From: Raillietiella orientalis
Taxonomy: Eukaryota
Length of the DNA stretch: 64,000 bases
Reading direction: 5' to 3'
Assembly (NCBI GenBank): GCA_036172245.1
Contig: JAYWIR010000001.1
Span: forward strand, 10,540,001 to 10,604,000
The notes beneath the pieces were generated by a model. The model saw only the letters and a list, made by a program, of their open reading frames with translations. It made no database searches and was not told where the DNA came from. Shown in pieces: positions 24,401 to 36,970 of this stretch; within the stretch, counting starts at the first letter, position 1, and every line of letters starts with the position of its first letter. Position numbers and translations under genes: made by a program.

Positions 24401-27400
24401 TTCACACGTGTTCGCGGATGGAACTTTGCCTGAGGTGAAATTGCATATGCGTCCACAGACATGGTTTTGCTCCGCCTGTTACGCACCTCCGGCTCATCAC
24501 CGTGTCTTCGGCTCATCTTCGCGTCGATGTCTCGCCTCCGGCGCTTCCTTGCAGCTCGAGAGGACCTCACGCGTTCATGGAGACCGGGCCGGCTTCGCCC
24601 TTAGGGATGTTCTTCCTCTGCAGCTAACCTCTTCCGTCGTCCTACCTTGCATTTCTCCAGAGCAATACTCGCTGGAGTATCCTCATCGGCTTCAGCCTGG
24701 TCCCGTTCCTCGTCTTCTTTCGGCGCCTTTGCGTCCGAGTTTCGTCCTTTGGTCTTGGGTGCGAATGGGGTGGGAAGAAACCGTCGAACGTCCATCCCCT
24801 CAGGAACGTGCATCCACTAACCAAAGAACGCCCGTTCCCGGCATAACGAGGAAAGGAAATTTTTCCATTTCCTTGACGGTTTCGCAGCAAGGTGATTCCA
24901 ACGCGTCCCCACGGACACTCTCGTTCCGGATTCTCTTTCCGGTGGTTCGGACTCAGAGTTTGGATCTTCGGCAGCGGAATCTTCAGCAGCGTCCTTTCTG
25001 GCTGTCGGAACCTTCCAGCATCGATCAGCGAAACCTCAGCACGAAGTGCGGTGCCAAATGCCTTGCCACCAGCGCAGGAACCGGCGATCGGGGGATCTCT
25101 TTTTTCCGGGCGAATCGCGCGGAAGAATGGACCTGCTATGTGGCAGCAAAGGAAGCCACACTTGATTGGCACTCGAGTGCGGCAAGCCGCTACCGCTCGC
25201 GGCCTGCTCCCTTTTAGAAAGCTGATCGGTTCCTCCTGCTTTGGGAGGGCTTGGCCCCGCTGTCTGCCCCTATTTCAATCATCCCTCTTTTGCTTAACTG
25301 CTCTAGAAGGAAGCTCTCGATGTTTCTTCTCGGTAATTGTCTGGAGATCGGGCAGGCAGAGACGTCTGCTTCGTTCGACATCCAGATACACCTCCTTCCT
25401 TGCTTTTACTTACTTTCATCCTTTCCTGATACGTCGGAAGAGAAAGAAGCAACCGAGATTAGATGAGAGAAGCGGACACGGAAGCCACCAGCGGCTGCCT
25501 GCTGATCCGTATCTTCTCTCAACAGAACAAGCAGTCTGCACTCATTGCAAGGGGAGAAGATAGCCAAATAGCTCTCTTCTGCTCTTCGTTAGCACGAGTC
25601 GTCTCACGCAGGCGTTCCCAGAAGCGTATCTTTTCAATCCACCCGTGCTCTCTTCTCGCCAGGAATATGGTCGGCTCTTCACGCACGCGCGAGACGCTCG
25701 GGAAGTCGTTTGCGAGCAGTGACGAAAGTTTGAGGGTCAATTCAGAATCTCCTGGGATGCCTTCCGGGGTTGGGAAGGGCCGGCCACCCACTATCGAAAG
25801 TTGACCACGAGTGAGGGTTTCAAATGGTGATGCAATGCAGCCGCGGCGTGGAACCGGAGACGCGAGCAGCCGCCACTCGCAAATCCATTTTCGCATCTCC
25901 ATCTTCCGCTCTTATTGATAGAGCGAAGGTCATCGCAAGCTTCCGTTGATCTCTGGATTAGATCGCTCCCGTCCATCCTATTTGTTGTACAAATGCTGAG
26001 GAGGAAAGATATGAATGCCATTCAGTTGGCTGCACACTTTCTTGGTCTTCTCTTAAGTCCTCGGGAACTTTGGAAACCTCGAGTGCTTCCAGCTAGATCC
26101 ACCTGACTCCTTTCGGTGCTCCTGAATACGCTAGAGAGACCTCCTGCGTTTTGTTTTACTCGTCTTTTCTTCTTCCCTTTGTTCGTGTGTGTGTGTGTAT
26201 GTGTGGTCTAAAAGCTACACGCACACTCAAACCCACATGCACTTTCATTCCTGAGGGCAAAATGCAACCACCGAGAATGGGGATGGAGTTTAGCATCTGA
26301 AAATGCAGGCTTTCTCTGCGAATGGATGTTGTGCCAGACAAAGCGGGCATTCCCGTAACGATCGTCTGACGCCAAAACCATCGGATGTTTCATTTTTCTT
26401 CTTCTTTTTCTTTTTTGTTTTCCTCTCACGGAGCTCCGTATTTTTATGTGCTTGAGGCAGGCAGACGCTCTTCTCCGCATCTCTGCTCTTGTCTTTCGCC
26501 GTTCATTTGCCTCGCAACAGTGGGGCTGCTGGAAGATCTAAGACGGAAAAATGCAAGGAGCTATTTTAAGAAGGGTCGGGGTGGTGGGCGCGGATAGTCC
26601 AAATCCAGGGATCCCTCAGACAAAAAAACAAAAAAAGAAAAGAATATGCCTGTACTGACGCCGGAGGGAAAACGCCTTTCTTCTTCACCAGTCTCCCGAG
26701 AGCAGCGACGGCAGCCTGGCCGGATTCAATCGCTCCACCGGGGGGAAGCGAAAAGGCTGTCCAGGATTTTTCCACCTCGCTTTGCTGGGCAGCCACGGCG
26801 CGAACCTCCCTGAGACCAAGGTCCCCTTTCGAGCAGCTTCCTACTGAGATGTCCAGAACGTTGCGCGCGGGAACGCCGCTGCGGAAACAGGCGGAAAGTC
26901 ACGAGGAAACGTGTGCTCGAAATGTGTGAAGAAACGTTGGTCGATCAAGGTGACCTTCTCGCGCGAGACCTTAGAAAGAGCTGTACAATAAAAAGTTGCT
27001 GTTGGCGTTATGAGTTCGAGTTTTATCGTGCATTTTCTCCGTTTCCATGTGTACAAAAGGCAAGAGGCTCCACGCTGTTTGCGGCGTTGAAATGAAAGAC
27101 GAAATTGAAGTCAACATGATGCCAAAACACACAGGCGGTGACCGTTGGACCCTTAGATTGCAGTCTGCAAACAGCGATTTCAGCGGCACGGCGTATGAAA
27201 TGCGCCCACTTTTGAGTCCCCTTGGTTTTCGGAGCGGTCTGGAATTATGGAAAAGACTGCCGCAGCAACCCTTCGTTTAAAGACGACTTGTTTGTTTTGG
27301 AGCATTGGAAAAGCATCAACTCTTTCTTTTGTCAAACTCAGGAAAGAAAAAGACCGTTTAGCGGATTCATGGTAATTGCAGAGTACCTCTGAGGGATGAT

Positions 27401-28299
27401 GTGTACCGGATGTGTGTCGCACGTGGCACCTGACTTGCGAGATGGTGAAGAACCACAGGGAATAATCGATTGAAAAAGCAGATAATCAAGCCTCAAAAGG
27501 CGTGCATCCTTCCACTGTTTTGGAGCAGTGGTTTTGAGAGATGATCGATATCAGTTCCCATGGAGATGAATGATGGAAAGTTAAAACTTTCCTGCTCTCC
27601 GAAATGAAAGATTTCGCAGGCGAAGCGACCGAGAAACTGCCTTCCTCTATCACGTGATCTATGGGCAAGCGTCTTGGAATTAGTTTTTCCTCCTTGAGCA
27701 AGAGACAGTCCGAAAGAAGAATTGTTTCAACGGGACCGATTCTTCATTCCGTTTAAGAAAAATCACCATCCGTGCTCAGATAGTTCAAGGACACGTGCGT
27801 CGTGAGTGCGACGCGCATCCCACCATCCGATGTTTCCAGCTGCCGATTCCCGGCTACATTCACGGTCAGGTCTCTCAGAAGACAAAATGAGACCTTGCGG
27901 AAGTATGAGTCCCCCTCTTCTTCAAAATGGGGTCCCAACTGATGATAGTCACGACCTTGTTCGCGGCCTAGAATACTGTAGCCTCGCACTGTTGCGAGGG
28001 GAAAGGTCCTTTTGGAAACTTCCAATACGCGACGGGATCTTTCGATCGTTAATCCAGAAATGTTTGAGGCCGGGTCGCAAAAGGCGGGAAAGGGGGGTGC
28101 TTTGAAATTCCGAAGACATGAGCTTCTGAGTTCCGAGGTGCTGAAGAAAAATACTCACGTCTCTACTACTTCAGCTTCTTCGTCTCCACGAGAGTTTCTC
28201 CGGGTTTGCAAAGTAAGCGTTTCTACTTCCGATTGCCCTTTTCTTCCACGATAAGAATCCCGTTTTTTTTTTTGAAAAAAAAAAAAAAAACCTGACCTT

Positions 28300-28900
28300 A
28301 GCCACAAGCACACGTTGGCGGTCATCGGTACGAATCCTGCGCGGGGAAGGGGGCGCATCGTACGTTTCGAGTTCTCCCCGCAAGATGACGCTGGTTGGCC
28401 TGCAGACTTCGCGGGTGCGGCTCTGGTGGAAACCGGATGCCCCCTTTGGCTGCCTGAGATCAGGAGTTGACCTTCTGAGGTCCTTCAAGGTGCGACGGGT
28501 TCCCTTCAGGGTCCCTTAACGGTTGCGAAAATGGAGCCGTACCATCGCGTGCCATGGAGCTGGTTGGTTCCCCCTTTGTGGGGTCGCTTCTCCATAGCAC
28601 GCTGCCCCCTTCGGGAAGCGCCTTTTCTACACTCTGGAGTACCCCTTTTCGGATTCCCTTCGAAGAAGAAATGAGTGCTCCCCCCCCTCCTAAGACAATA
28701 AGAAAGGAGGTTGCCTTCAGGGTTTCCTCGCAAGAGTAAGGGAGGAACGGCCTCCTTTCTCCGGAGCATTCCTGGATTCGTTGGGTGGTACCCCCTATAA
28801 TTCGAAGAGTCACACGCACCCTCTAATGGCGCAGTGTTAAAGCCCCTCACCCTAAAAGACGAACGGCCCTTCAGCACTTTGCGAACCAAAAAGAAAAAAA
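28300..28900 (+). mobile_element. SINE-like repeat copy
   Basis: GGTACGAATCC head, CAAGATGACGCTGGTTGGCC core, ends GCGAACCAAAAAGAAAAAAA. Confidence 0.75.
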
Positions 28901-29379
28901 GTGAGAGCGAGTGAACCTGTGCCTAAAGATCTTCCCCCAGGCTCCACATGCAGTTGACTTCCACGGCAAGCCAAGGAACTTTCCATCACCCGCATCCCCT
29001 TGTGCTGCTAACAGAATATGCGATCCCTGATCGCGGCTAAGTATCCCGCGGTAGTGAATCCCTGCGGCGCCCCCCAAGCAGTGGGCTGCGGCCTTGGTGT
29101 TCGGTTCGTCTGGTGCCGCGGTGGACGCCGCGGGATCCCGAGGTACCGGGCACTTGGATCCTAGCGAAGAAAATCACTCCGGGAAGCCCGTTCCACTCAT
29201 TTCCTACGCGTATACCTTTGGGGCTTCGGGGCTCTACGGCGAAAGCTGCGTTCCCTCGGAGTACCTGCATTTCTTCTTCTCCTTGGAATTTCGCGCGCCT
29301 TCCGGACTCGCAGCGTTCCGCTCGAGGACAGTCTCGAAGGAAAGTCTCTCTCGATGCGGCAGCTTCCGAAGCGAGCCCT

Positions 29380-30110
29380 CGGAGGCCACGTCTTCACGGG
29401 CCTCCGCGCTGGCGCCACATCACCAAGCGTCGCAGGTTCGCATGCTCGGAAAGAATCGATGCCGAGAGATGGGGGGTGCGTCGCGGGTTCGAGTTCCTCC
29501 CGCAAGATGCCGCTGGTTGGACTCTGTTCATTCGGGTGCGGCGGCACTGGTAGCAGTTTAAACCGGATTTCCCCGATGAGTGGCCGGGACAATCGGAGTT
29601 GACCCTTCGGGGTCTTCCAGGAATCAAGGAGTGAGAATTCCCCTCCGGTTGTGCAAAGGAGCGAACCCCCCATTCCAGGGGGACCCTCTGCGTCGTACTG
29701 ATGGAGAAAGTGTGTCGCCACCTCTCCAGAGAGTGCAGAGAAGTGCGCCACTCCCTTGCGGGAGCATTCGTCTGAGAAATTTCGGAAGAGTCCCTTCTGG
29801 GCTCCCTTCAGAGGAGCAAACAGAAGTTGATCCCTCCGGGGGTCCCTCCGGAGAGAATAAGCAGGCAGATTCCCTTCAGGTTTCCCGTCAGGGTGGAAGT
29901 GTTCCCTTTGGGGATCTCCCCCCAGGCGTGAGAGGAAGGGGCTCCGAGACCTTCCTGGATTCATAGGGTGGTCCCCATCCCGGGTTGCCCCCTATTTTGA
30001 AGAATTGCACGCACCCTCGGATGGCGTGGAACAGTGTCAAAGAGCTGCATAGGCTGCGCCAGGGACGCAACGGCCCTTGAGGCACTCAGCGAACCCCAAA
30101 AGAAGGGAAA
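29380..30110 (+). mobile_element. SINE-like repeat copy
   Basis: Same head, core and GGATTCATAGGGTGGTC blocks; ends CAGCGAACCCCAAAAG. Confidence 0.75.
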
Positions 30111-30899
30111 CCCGAGGTGAGGATATACCAGCCATCTTCGCCCGCTGTCATTCAGCTGGACATGCTCTGGAGATGGGGGCGTGGGTTTTCCCCTCTTGCG
30201 AGTATTGATGGGCCAGCTGCGGTCCGAGCCGCTTCTTTTTCGGAGTGCCATCTCGCTTTCCGGGGAGCGGGGCAACCCGGCATTCCCGGAAGCAACGCCT
30301 GGAAAAAAAATGGTTCGGATCTTCAGTGACGCAATGGAGCTTGGAATGGCATCATTCTCGACTCAGCGTGCCCTTCAGTGATGGGAGACGCAGGGGTGAC
30401 GCCTCAGTGCCGCCCCATTCTTCAAAACATGAGGGTCTTCGCTGGCGCATCCGTCAAAGTCGAAACCTGGAGACTCGCCGATCGAAGCGACCCTCCGCGG
30501 AGTGGCGCGGCGCGCGAAAACGCCCTGCCTGAGTGGTCCGCCGGCAGCACTCCGTCGCTCCCGAACGAAAGGGGGAAAGCGGAAGGACAAATAGCAGATT
30601 GTGGTAGGCGGTCAACGATCTCGCGAAGAAGGAGAAGTGCAGGGAAGAAAAGTAAGAAGGGAAGAAGGGCAACAGCAGCAACAACAGCAGGAAAGAGAGG
30701 TTGGGATTTCGCGGTGTTCGCTGGATGCGTAAAAGCTGGCGGGTGCCCCGGCGGCGACGAAGAACCTTTTTCGAGAGGTTTAGGAACCGGGAAGGCGAAC
30801 GCGAGCAGTGGGTGTGGCCAAGCATTGCAGGAGTCGTGCCACACTGCTGCTCGGCTTCGTCTCTCCCGGTATTTGGATGCAACTGCGACGGCAGATGGG

Positions 30900-31290
30900 A
30901 GATCGGCGGACCCACTGCGAGGCTTCGTTCTTCGAGCGTGGCACCGAACATCGTAGAACCGAATCCCGCCCAGGGAAGGATCGACGCCAGAGAAATGGGT
31001 GCGTCGTAGGTTCGTCAGTTCCCTTCCACAAGATGATGCTGGTTGGCCTACATTCGTGTGCAGCACTGGTGGAAGTCCAAAGCACTGGTGGATACCTCCT
31101 TGAGTGGCCGGGATTGGAAGTCGGCTCTTCGAATTCCTTCCAGGAACAAAGAAGCGACAGTTGCCTCCGGTGGTAGAGACGGAGCCGTACCATCGCGTAC
31201 CATGGAGCCGGTTGATGTCTCCCTTGAAGGGTTGCCTTTCCAGAGTGTCAGAAGCGTCCTTCAGAGAAACCGGGAAGCGTCCCTTCTGGG
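30900..31290 (+). mobile_element. SINE-like repeat, 5' half
   Basis: GAATCCCGCCCAGGGAAGGATCGACGCCAGAGAAATGGGTGCGTCG head and core, with an uninterrupted target site (GTGCAGCACTGGTGG). Confidence 0.7.
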
Positions 31291-31304
31291 GGGAGGAGAG
31301 AACG

Positions 31305-32625
31305 AGGAGCGGTTCGTTGGGTTTCGAGTTCCCCTTGCGAGATAACGCTGGTTGGCCTATTTGGATGCGGCATTGGTTGTCACCCGGTCACGCTGGGGAG
31401 TTTATTTATAGAATAAACGTGCACGTCAGTGGCAGGACGTTTGATCTTGCCACGTTACTTATGAATATGAAAAGGAACCTGCCGGGATCTGGCGCGCAGG
31501 TCAGCGGGGTTTGCCTCGACAGCACAGGGAAAGAGGGACAAACAAACAGAAAAAAACAAAACGAAAAATGCAGTCAAAAAACTGGGAGGGTTCGGGAGGG
31601 GATCACTGCGTGCTAGAGGGCGTCCTCTGCATCCTTGTAAGGGTGCCGACAAGTCCCCGTTTCAAAACTCCCAGGTGGGGCCGTTTTGGCGTTGTCCTCA
31701 TGAAGAGGACAGCAAAATAGATGGCGTCCCTGTCGTTCTGAAATCCTCTGGAGTTGCTCCATGCAGTCACGGTCCCGCCGCGTGGGCAGCGCAGTGCTGC
31801 TGGGGATGCGGCCGGCGTGAGGGCGTCGTGCAGGAACAGGCGCTTCAAAACGTCTCTGGCGTTGCCGCCGGCAGTCGCAAGCGTCGCGGCAAAGAGTCCC
31901 CAAAGGGGATGAAGGGCAACACAGTCCATTAGGAGGTGCACGAGGGGTTCTCGTTCCTCGCGCACATTGCAAAGTTTAGGTTTATCCCTCCCTTCCATGT
32001 CTACTAATTCTGGGCGCCGTTGCACGGGAAGCCCCAGTGCAGCAGCATCAACGCCAACGCCAACGATGCGGCACTGGTGGAAGCAACCGGAAACCTACTG
32101 CTCCCGTTGACTGGCCGGTATTGGAAGCCGATCATTCGGATCTTTCTAGGAATCAGGTTTTTCTTTTCCGGTTGTGAAAATGGAGATCCCCCGTTTTCCT
32201 CGGGATGCGATCCTCCATCGAGTAGCATGGAACTGGTGGATTGATACTTCTCCAGAGTGTCAGCGCCCATCAGAGAAACTGAGAAGCGTCCCTTCGTTCT
32301 CTTCTGAGAAGAAAACGAGTAGTTCCCTTGCGGGTTCCCTTCTGAGAAAAACCGAAAAGTAATCCCCCTCCCCCTCCGGAGGGACTCCCTGCCGAGAGAA
32401 CTAAGGAAGAGGTTCCCTTCGGGGTTCCCTCTTAATCGTGAGAGAGAAGCGGACTCCTCACTCCGGAGTCTTCCTGAATTCACAAGGTGGTCCCTGCGGA
32501 GTTGTCCTCTCACCTGAAGAGTGACACGCATCCCCAAGTGGCGTGGACGGTATCAAAGAGCTTTGTGAATCCATCCTAAGGAGGCGAACGGTTCTTCAGC
32601 ACTCCTAGAGAACCAAAAAAAGATA
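31305..32625 (+). mobile_element. SINE-like repeat interrupted by LINE copy B
   Basis: The 5' core at 31320-31377 resumes at 32065 (GATGCGGCACTGGTGGAAG) and runs to GAGAACCAAAAAAAG at ~32620. Confidence 0.75.
31378..32064 (-). mobile_element. 5'-truncated L1/Tx1-like non-LTR retrotransposon, copy B, flanked by a TSD
   Basis: Reverse-complement homolog of ~2035-2698. ORF 31603..32025 contains EREPLVHLLMDCVALHPLW. It is flanked by the direct repeat GATGCGGCAYTGGT at 31364-31377 and 32065-32078. Confidence 0.82.
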
Positions 32626-33379
32626 CTCTGGGGCAAGGGAGTCCCGGGTGCTTAAGAGAAGTCCAGACGCTGGGCCGCGTGAACGTGACTTCTTCCGAGG
32701 AAATCCATGGTCATCTTCTGATGGAAAACCTGAGAATTTTCAGACCTCCATTGACGCGTGAGCAGTTGGGAAAGATTGGATTCACTAGTTGAGAAACTGT
32801 CGGCAGCTGCACTCTCAGATGGATGGGAATAAATCTCTTAAGAATTCTACCAAACTCGAAAAAATGACCCTCGAGGAAGAAGAAGGAGAAGAAGAAGAAA
32901 AAAGATGGCAGTAATGAGGAAAGGATGCATGCAGAAGCGCGGCTCATGTTTCCTCAATTACCAGCCGGGAGGTTCCTCTGCAAGACGGATAGCCACCACT
33001 GCAGCCAGGGAAAAGTGTGAAAACCTATATATCGCAATTAGTGTCTGTGCACTATCTTCCCGTTCCTGCCTCGCTCTCTGGAGTGCTGGGACGACCGGTC
33101 GCTCGTGAGAGCGGGAATAGTGCTCGGAAAGGAGGAAGAACATCGGATGGCAAAGAGTTGACCGACAGCTTCGTGCTGTCATGGAGCCGTTCCTCCAGGG
33201 CGTTTCTTGCTGCGTGCACTCCGTGTTGGAAACTCCCGACGTCCGGTCCCGATGGACGCTGTCTTGGGAGCGTTTGCGGCTTCCCACGTGCGACATCCCG
33301 ATGGCTTGTATCCCCACGGTTCTGTCTCCCTCCCCCATTCCTCTTCCCCTTTCCAGCTCGTCTGCCATCTTCTTTCACT

Positions 33380-34120
33380 TGATGATCGAAATCTTTTGGT
33401 GTTCTTTTCTGTTTCCCTGTTTTCCTTCCAGCTTGTTTTTTTTTTTTTTGGTTCATCATGAGTTCTCAGGGATCGTTCGCCTAGGGGCTCACGAAGAAGC
33501 CCTTCAAGAGCTGTCGACGCCGTCCAAGGGTGCATGTCTACTCTTCAACTTATGGTATACCCTGGGAAGGGGCCACTCTATGAATCCAGGAAGGGCTCCG
33601 GAGGGAGGGAGTCTCCTCTCGCGCTTTGAAAGAGGATCTCTAAGGGAACCCTACTCCCTGATCGTCTTCCAGGGGAACCACCTCCGGAGACACACCTTGG
33701 AGGAGGCCATTTCTCATTTCTTCTCCGAAGAAAACTCGGAAAGGATCCGCTTCTGGAATTCCTTCTGGAATTCCCCGCAAGAGATGTTCTGCTCCTTGTT
33801 TCCTCCTCTGGAGAGACCGCCGAAGGGACGCTCGTTCGAAGAGAGCAGCGCGCTTCTGACACCTTGAAAAGGAACTCCTTAATTCATGGAAGGACTCCGG
33901 AGGGTCAATCCTGGACAGTCAGCGAGAGCATCCGGGAGTTTGCGGCTTCCACCAGAGCCGCACCTGCAAAGCCTGCAGGCTAACCAGTGTCCACCTGCTG
34001 GGCAAACTCGGACGACGCACCCATTTCTCTGGCGTGGATCCGAAATACCCGGGCGGGATTCGAACCCGCAGCGATTGGTGGTGTCACGCGTGGAGGCTGC
34101 AGCCGCACGTCCTCCGACGT
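33380..34120 (-). mobile_element. SINE-like repeat, near full-length copy with intact B-box
   Basis: The reverse complement of 34056-34066 is GGTTCGAATCC; family body blocks are present, with a T-tract at ~33436-33449. Confidence 0.8.
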
Positions 34121-35989
34121 GGACATTACTGTTCACCCTCCGATGGCCGTGGCTTTCGACGGATCGTGTCTCTTAGCAGTCCTTCCAGCCTGCTGAGTGG
34201 GTACGGGGATCGATCCTTCGTTCCTCTCGACTTTGCTCCTCGAAGGGCGAACTTTTTCGCTGGAGGCAAACTCGGCCCAACTCAGGAGCAGCAGAACAAA
34301 CCTGAACGGTCTTTTCCTAAAAAAGGAATCTGCCCGGACGGGAAGGACAAAAGAAAGGATCGGGAATTCCTGAAGGAGAGCGAGACGTGAGCGAATTCGA
34401 GCCGAATGAGGGCGTGGCGCGCATCTCCCCCGCACTCTCCTCCTCCCACATCTCCAACTCCTGTTTTGCACTGCTGACGTGCTGGAGGAATCGCTTCGGT
34501 AATTTGTAAAGTCCTATCTGGAAGACACTTTACCAAAATTCCATTTCCTTTTTCTCTCTCTTTCTCTCGTCTTCAATTCCCCATTTTTTTCCCATCCCCC
34601 TAAAGATGTAAGCTGCATACACGCGTTCCCTTGGGTTTTCTCCGGTTTTAATGAGATGCATGGCAACGAATCCGTGAGGATTCCACCGGATTAGCTGGAG
34701 TGCTGCTGCTACCGTTAATGTTGTCACTTCAAAAGCGTCATCCCTCCCCCCCAAGAGTCATCTCTCTCTTCGGTGCGGAAGAAGCTTCCAGACTGCTCCA
34801 CCTACCGATGTGATCTCCACGGTGTGAGAGAGTCCCATTACCCAAGAGGCGGGGATCATTGACCAGGGTTGTTTCCCGCACCGAAATTTTTCTCAGAGAC
34901 GGCAGCGGCCCTTTGCTGATGAATATTTGAAACTCCCCTTCGGTCCTCGTCCTCCGACCCATTTATCCGTCCGGCGTTCCCGCTCCTGGAGTGGATGCTC
35001 GCTCCAGTACTCCCGAGGAACCGTCACAGTTTCGAGCGCAGTCCCTCGCAGAGTGGACACCTTCGCGGGGACCTACGAAAAGGACCAGAAAGGAAGGTGC
35101 AAGGGACCAGACCAGGGAGCCGTCGCCCCAGCTGAGCTCACTTCGAGAGATCTCTCTGCCACTGCGAAAGCGCGCGGGGCTTCCGAGGCAAAAAAGTCTC
35201 ATCGGTGCGGTGGCTGAACCCCGGAGAAGCCGACAGCGGACCGCTGCCACTGCGGACCTTCGGAGCCCTTGGCTCGAAGAAGTCGTTCTTGTTGCTTCGA
35301 TTCGCAGGCAGCCCCATAGCGTGCTCTCGATGCTCAATCTGCAGAGAGGCACGTGGGAAAGTTCACGAAGAAATTGTCCCTCGGTCGGCGAAGAGCAGGA
35401 CGAGACGCTCGGGGGGCTGCCCGTGCAGGCGGATCCGTTCGGTGGAACCCTGGTGTCCAGAAGAATCCAAGATCACGATGTGGGAAAGAGGAACAGCATC
35501 CATGTTCCCATAAAGGTGGTGCATCCCGCTCGTGACTACGAACGCGCGTGATCTTTGCGTGCCCCACGCACTCCCGAAGCCGGCAGCGAGGTTCCGCGTG
35601 GCAAGAACAAATCCTTGTCAAGGAGAAGACGGACGCCGTTGTGGTGACGAGCGCCGAACGATGCCTTCCGTCAGGAGAATCAGCTGGCGGCTCTGTCTTC
35701 GCTAAGCGTCGATTCCCGCAGCGCTGGAGGAAGTTCGCTGACTGAGATCTCGTGAATCCGGAGACGGAGTGTGCCTTAACTGCCAGCAGCATCCGAAACG
35801 ACACGCTGAGCAAAGCTGGAATAGCGCCGTCTTTTCCTAAGAGGCTGATGAACGGGGATGAGCCCACAGGCGAGTTCACCTGAGACTGGACGTTCAGTGC
35901 CCGCAGAAACGGTTGGAAACACCGTCACGTGCTCTCTAGCTCACTAATGGATACCTAAAGTCTCCTTAAAACGCCATTATTCAAAAGTG

Positions 35990-36970
35990 GGGAGCGATGT
36001 TCGGAAAGGAATTCGGGATATCCTGTCTGAGGAATATCCTGCGCTGTCATGGCTCCTGTTCCAGCTGCGAAGATTCTTTTTCCCTGCCTTCTACGAGCGT
36101 TGCTCTCGCTCTCGCAGCAATGTCTGGAGGCACTTTTTCTTTCCCATCTTTCCCGTTCGCGAGCGCTGAACTGAAAGGTGTCGTCGAGGACAGAATCCAT
36201 CCGGACAGAATCGAAAAGCCTTTGATGCGCTGTCGAAAGTTCCCCGTGTTCGTCGCCTGTCCCTCGAAGCAATCCAAGAACGGATTGCAAAGCATTTCGC
36301 ATCTTGAAGTCTCTTCCCTGAAACTTGTTGAGGTTCATGGCTTGAAGACAGACGAACAAATGAGCAAGAAGATCGCTTGGATGACGGACAAAGCGAGCGA
36401 CTTTGATAAAAAGTAGTGCAACGAAGGAAGGATGGCCAAGGATGACGAATTTTTTCAAGGTGCGCAGGAAAGGCGAATCGGCAAATGCGATTGCAATCCA
36501 CCCAGATTACCGGAATCATCAGATCCGTTACATGCGGCTCTGGTGAAGACCATCGGATTCCATGAGGCAGTTCTTTTGGGTTGTTTCTTTGGAAACTTAA
36601 AGAGGAAACCGAGAGACGAGACGATGAAGCGACGCGCCCTTCCGCCAACGTTTGGTACTCTCAGTTAGGGAAGAGAGCCAATCTGAAACTACTGATGATT
36701 TCACATGATGATCCGTGTGCGGCTTTGCTGCCCTGCACGGGTTCGAAGATTGTCACGTTCCTAGGAAATCTGAAAGAGTGCGCGATCGCCGGAGTACTCA
36801 TTTCGAAGGCAATCACTACCTCGGTAACCACAAGAGAAGTATTGGATGGTGCGGTTGTCAGAATGGATACCTACGAGCGAACAAATGGGAACCAAGGAAC
36901 CGAAAGAAATCCTCGCGGAAGATCCGGAAGAGTGTCTTGCCAAGTATGCTTTGGGGAAAAGTGATGCGTT
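35990..36970 (+). pseudogene. Decayed coding relic, possibly a DNA transposase
   Basis: ORFs 35997..36416 and 36432..36668 are in the same frame, separated by a single TAG, and have protein-like composition (KIAWMTDKASDFDKK...GKCDCNP). The relic appears to continue by frameshift. Family not identified. Confidence 0.3.

Noticed and set aside
23724-25217. 497-aa ORF, the longest in the track
   Set aside because: Arg/Ser/Pro-rich, low-information translation with no recognisable domain and no splice context. This is expected by chance in GC-rich DNA.
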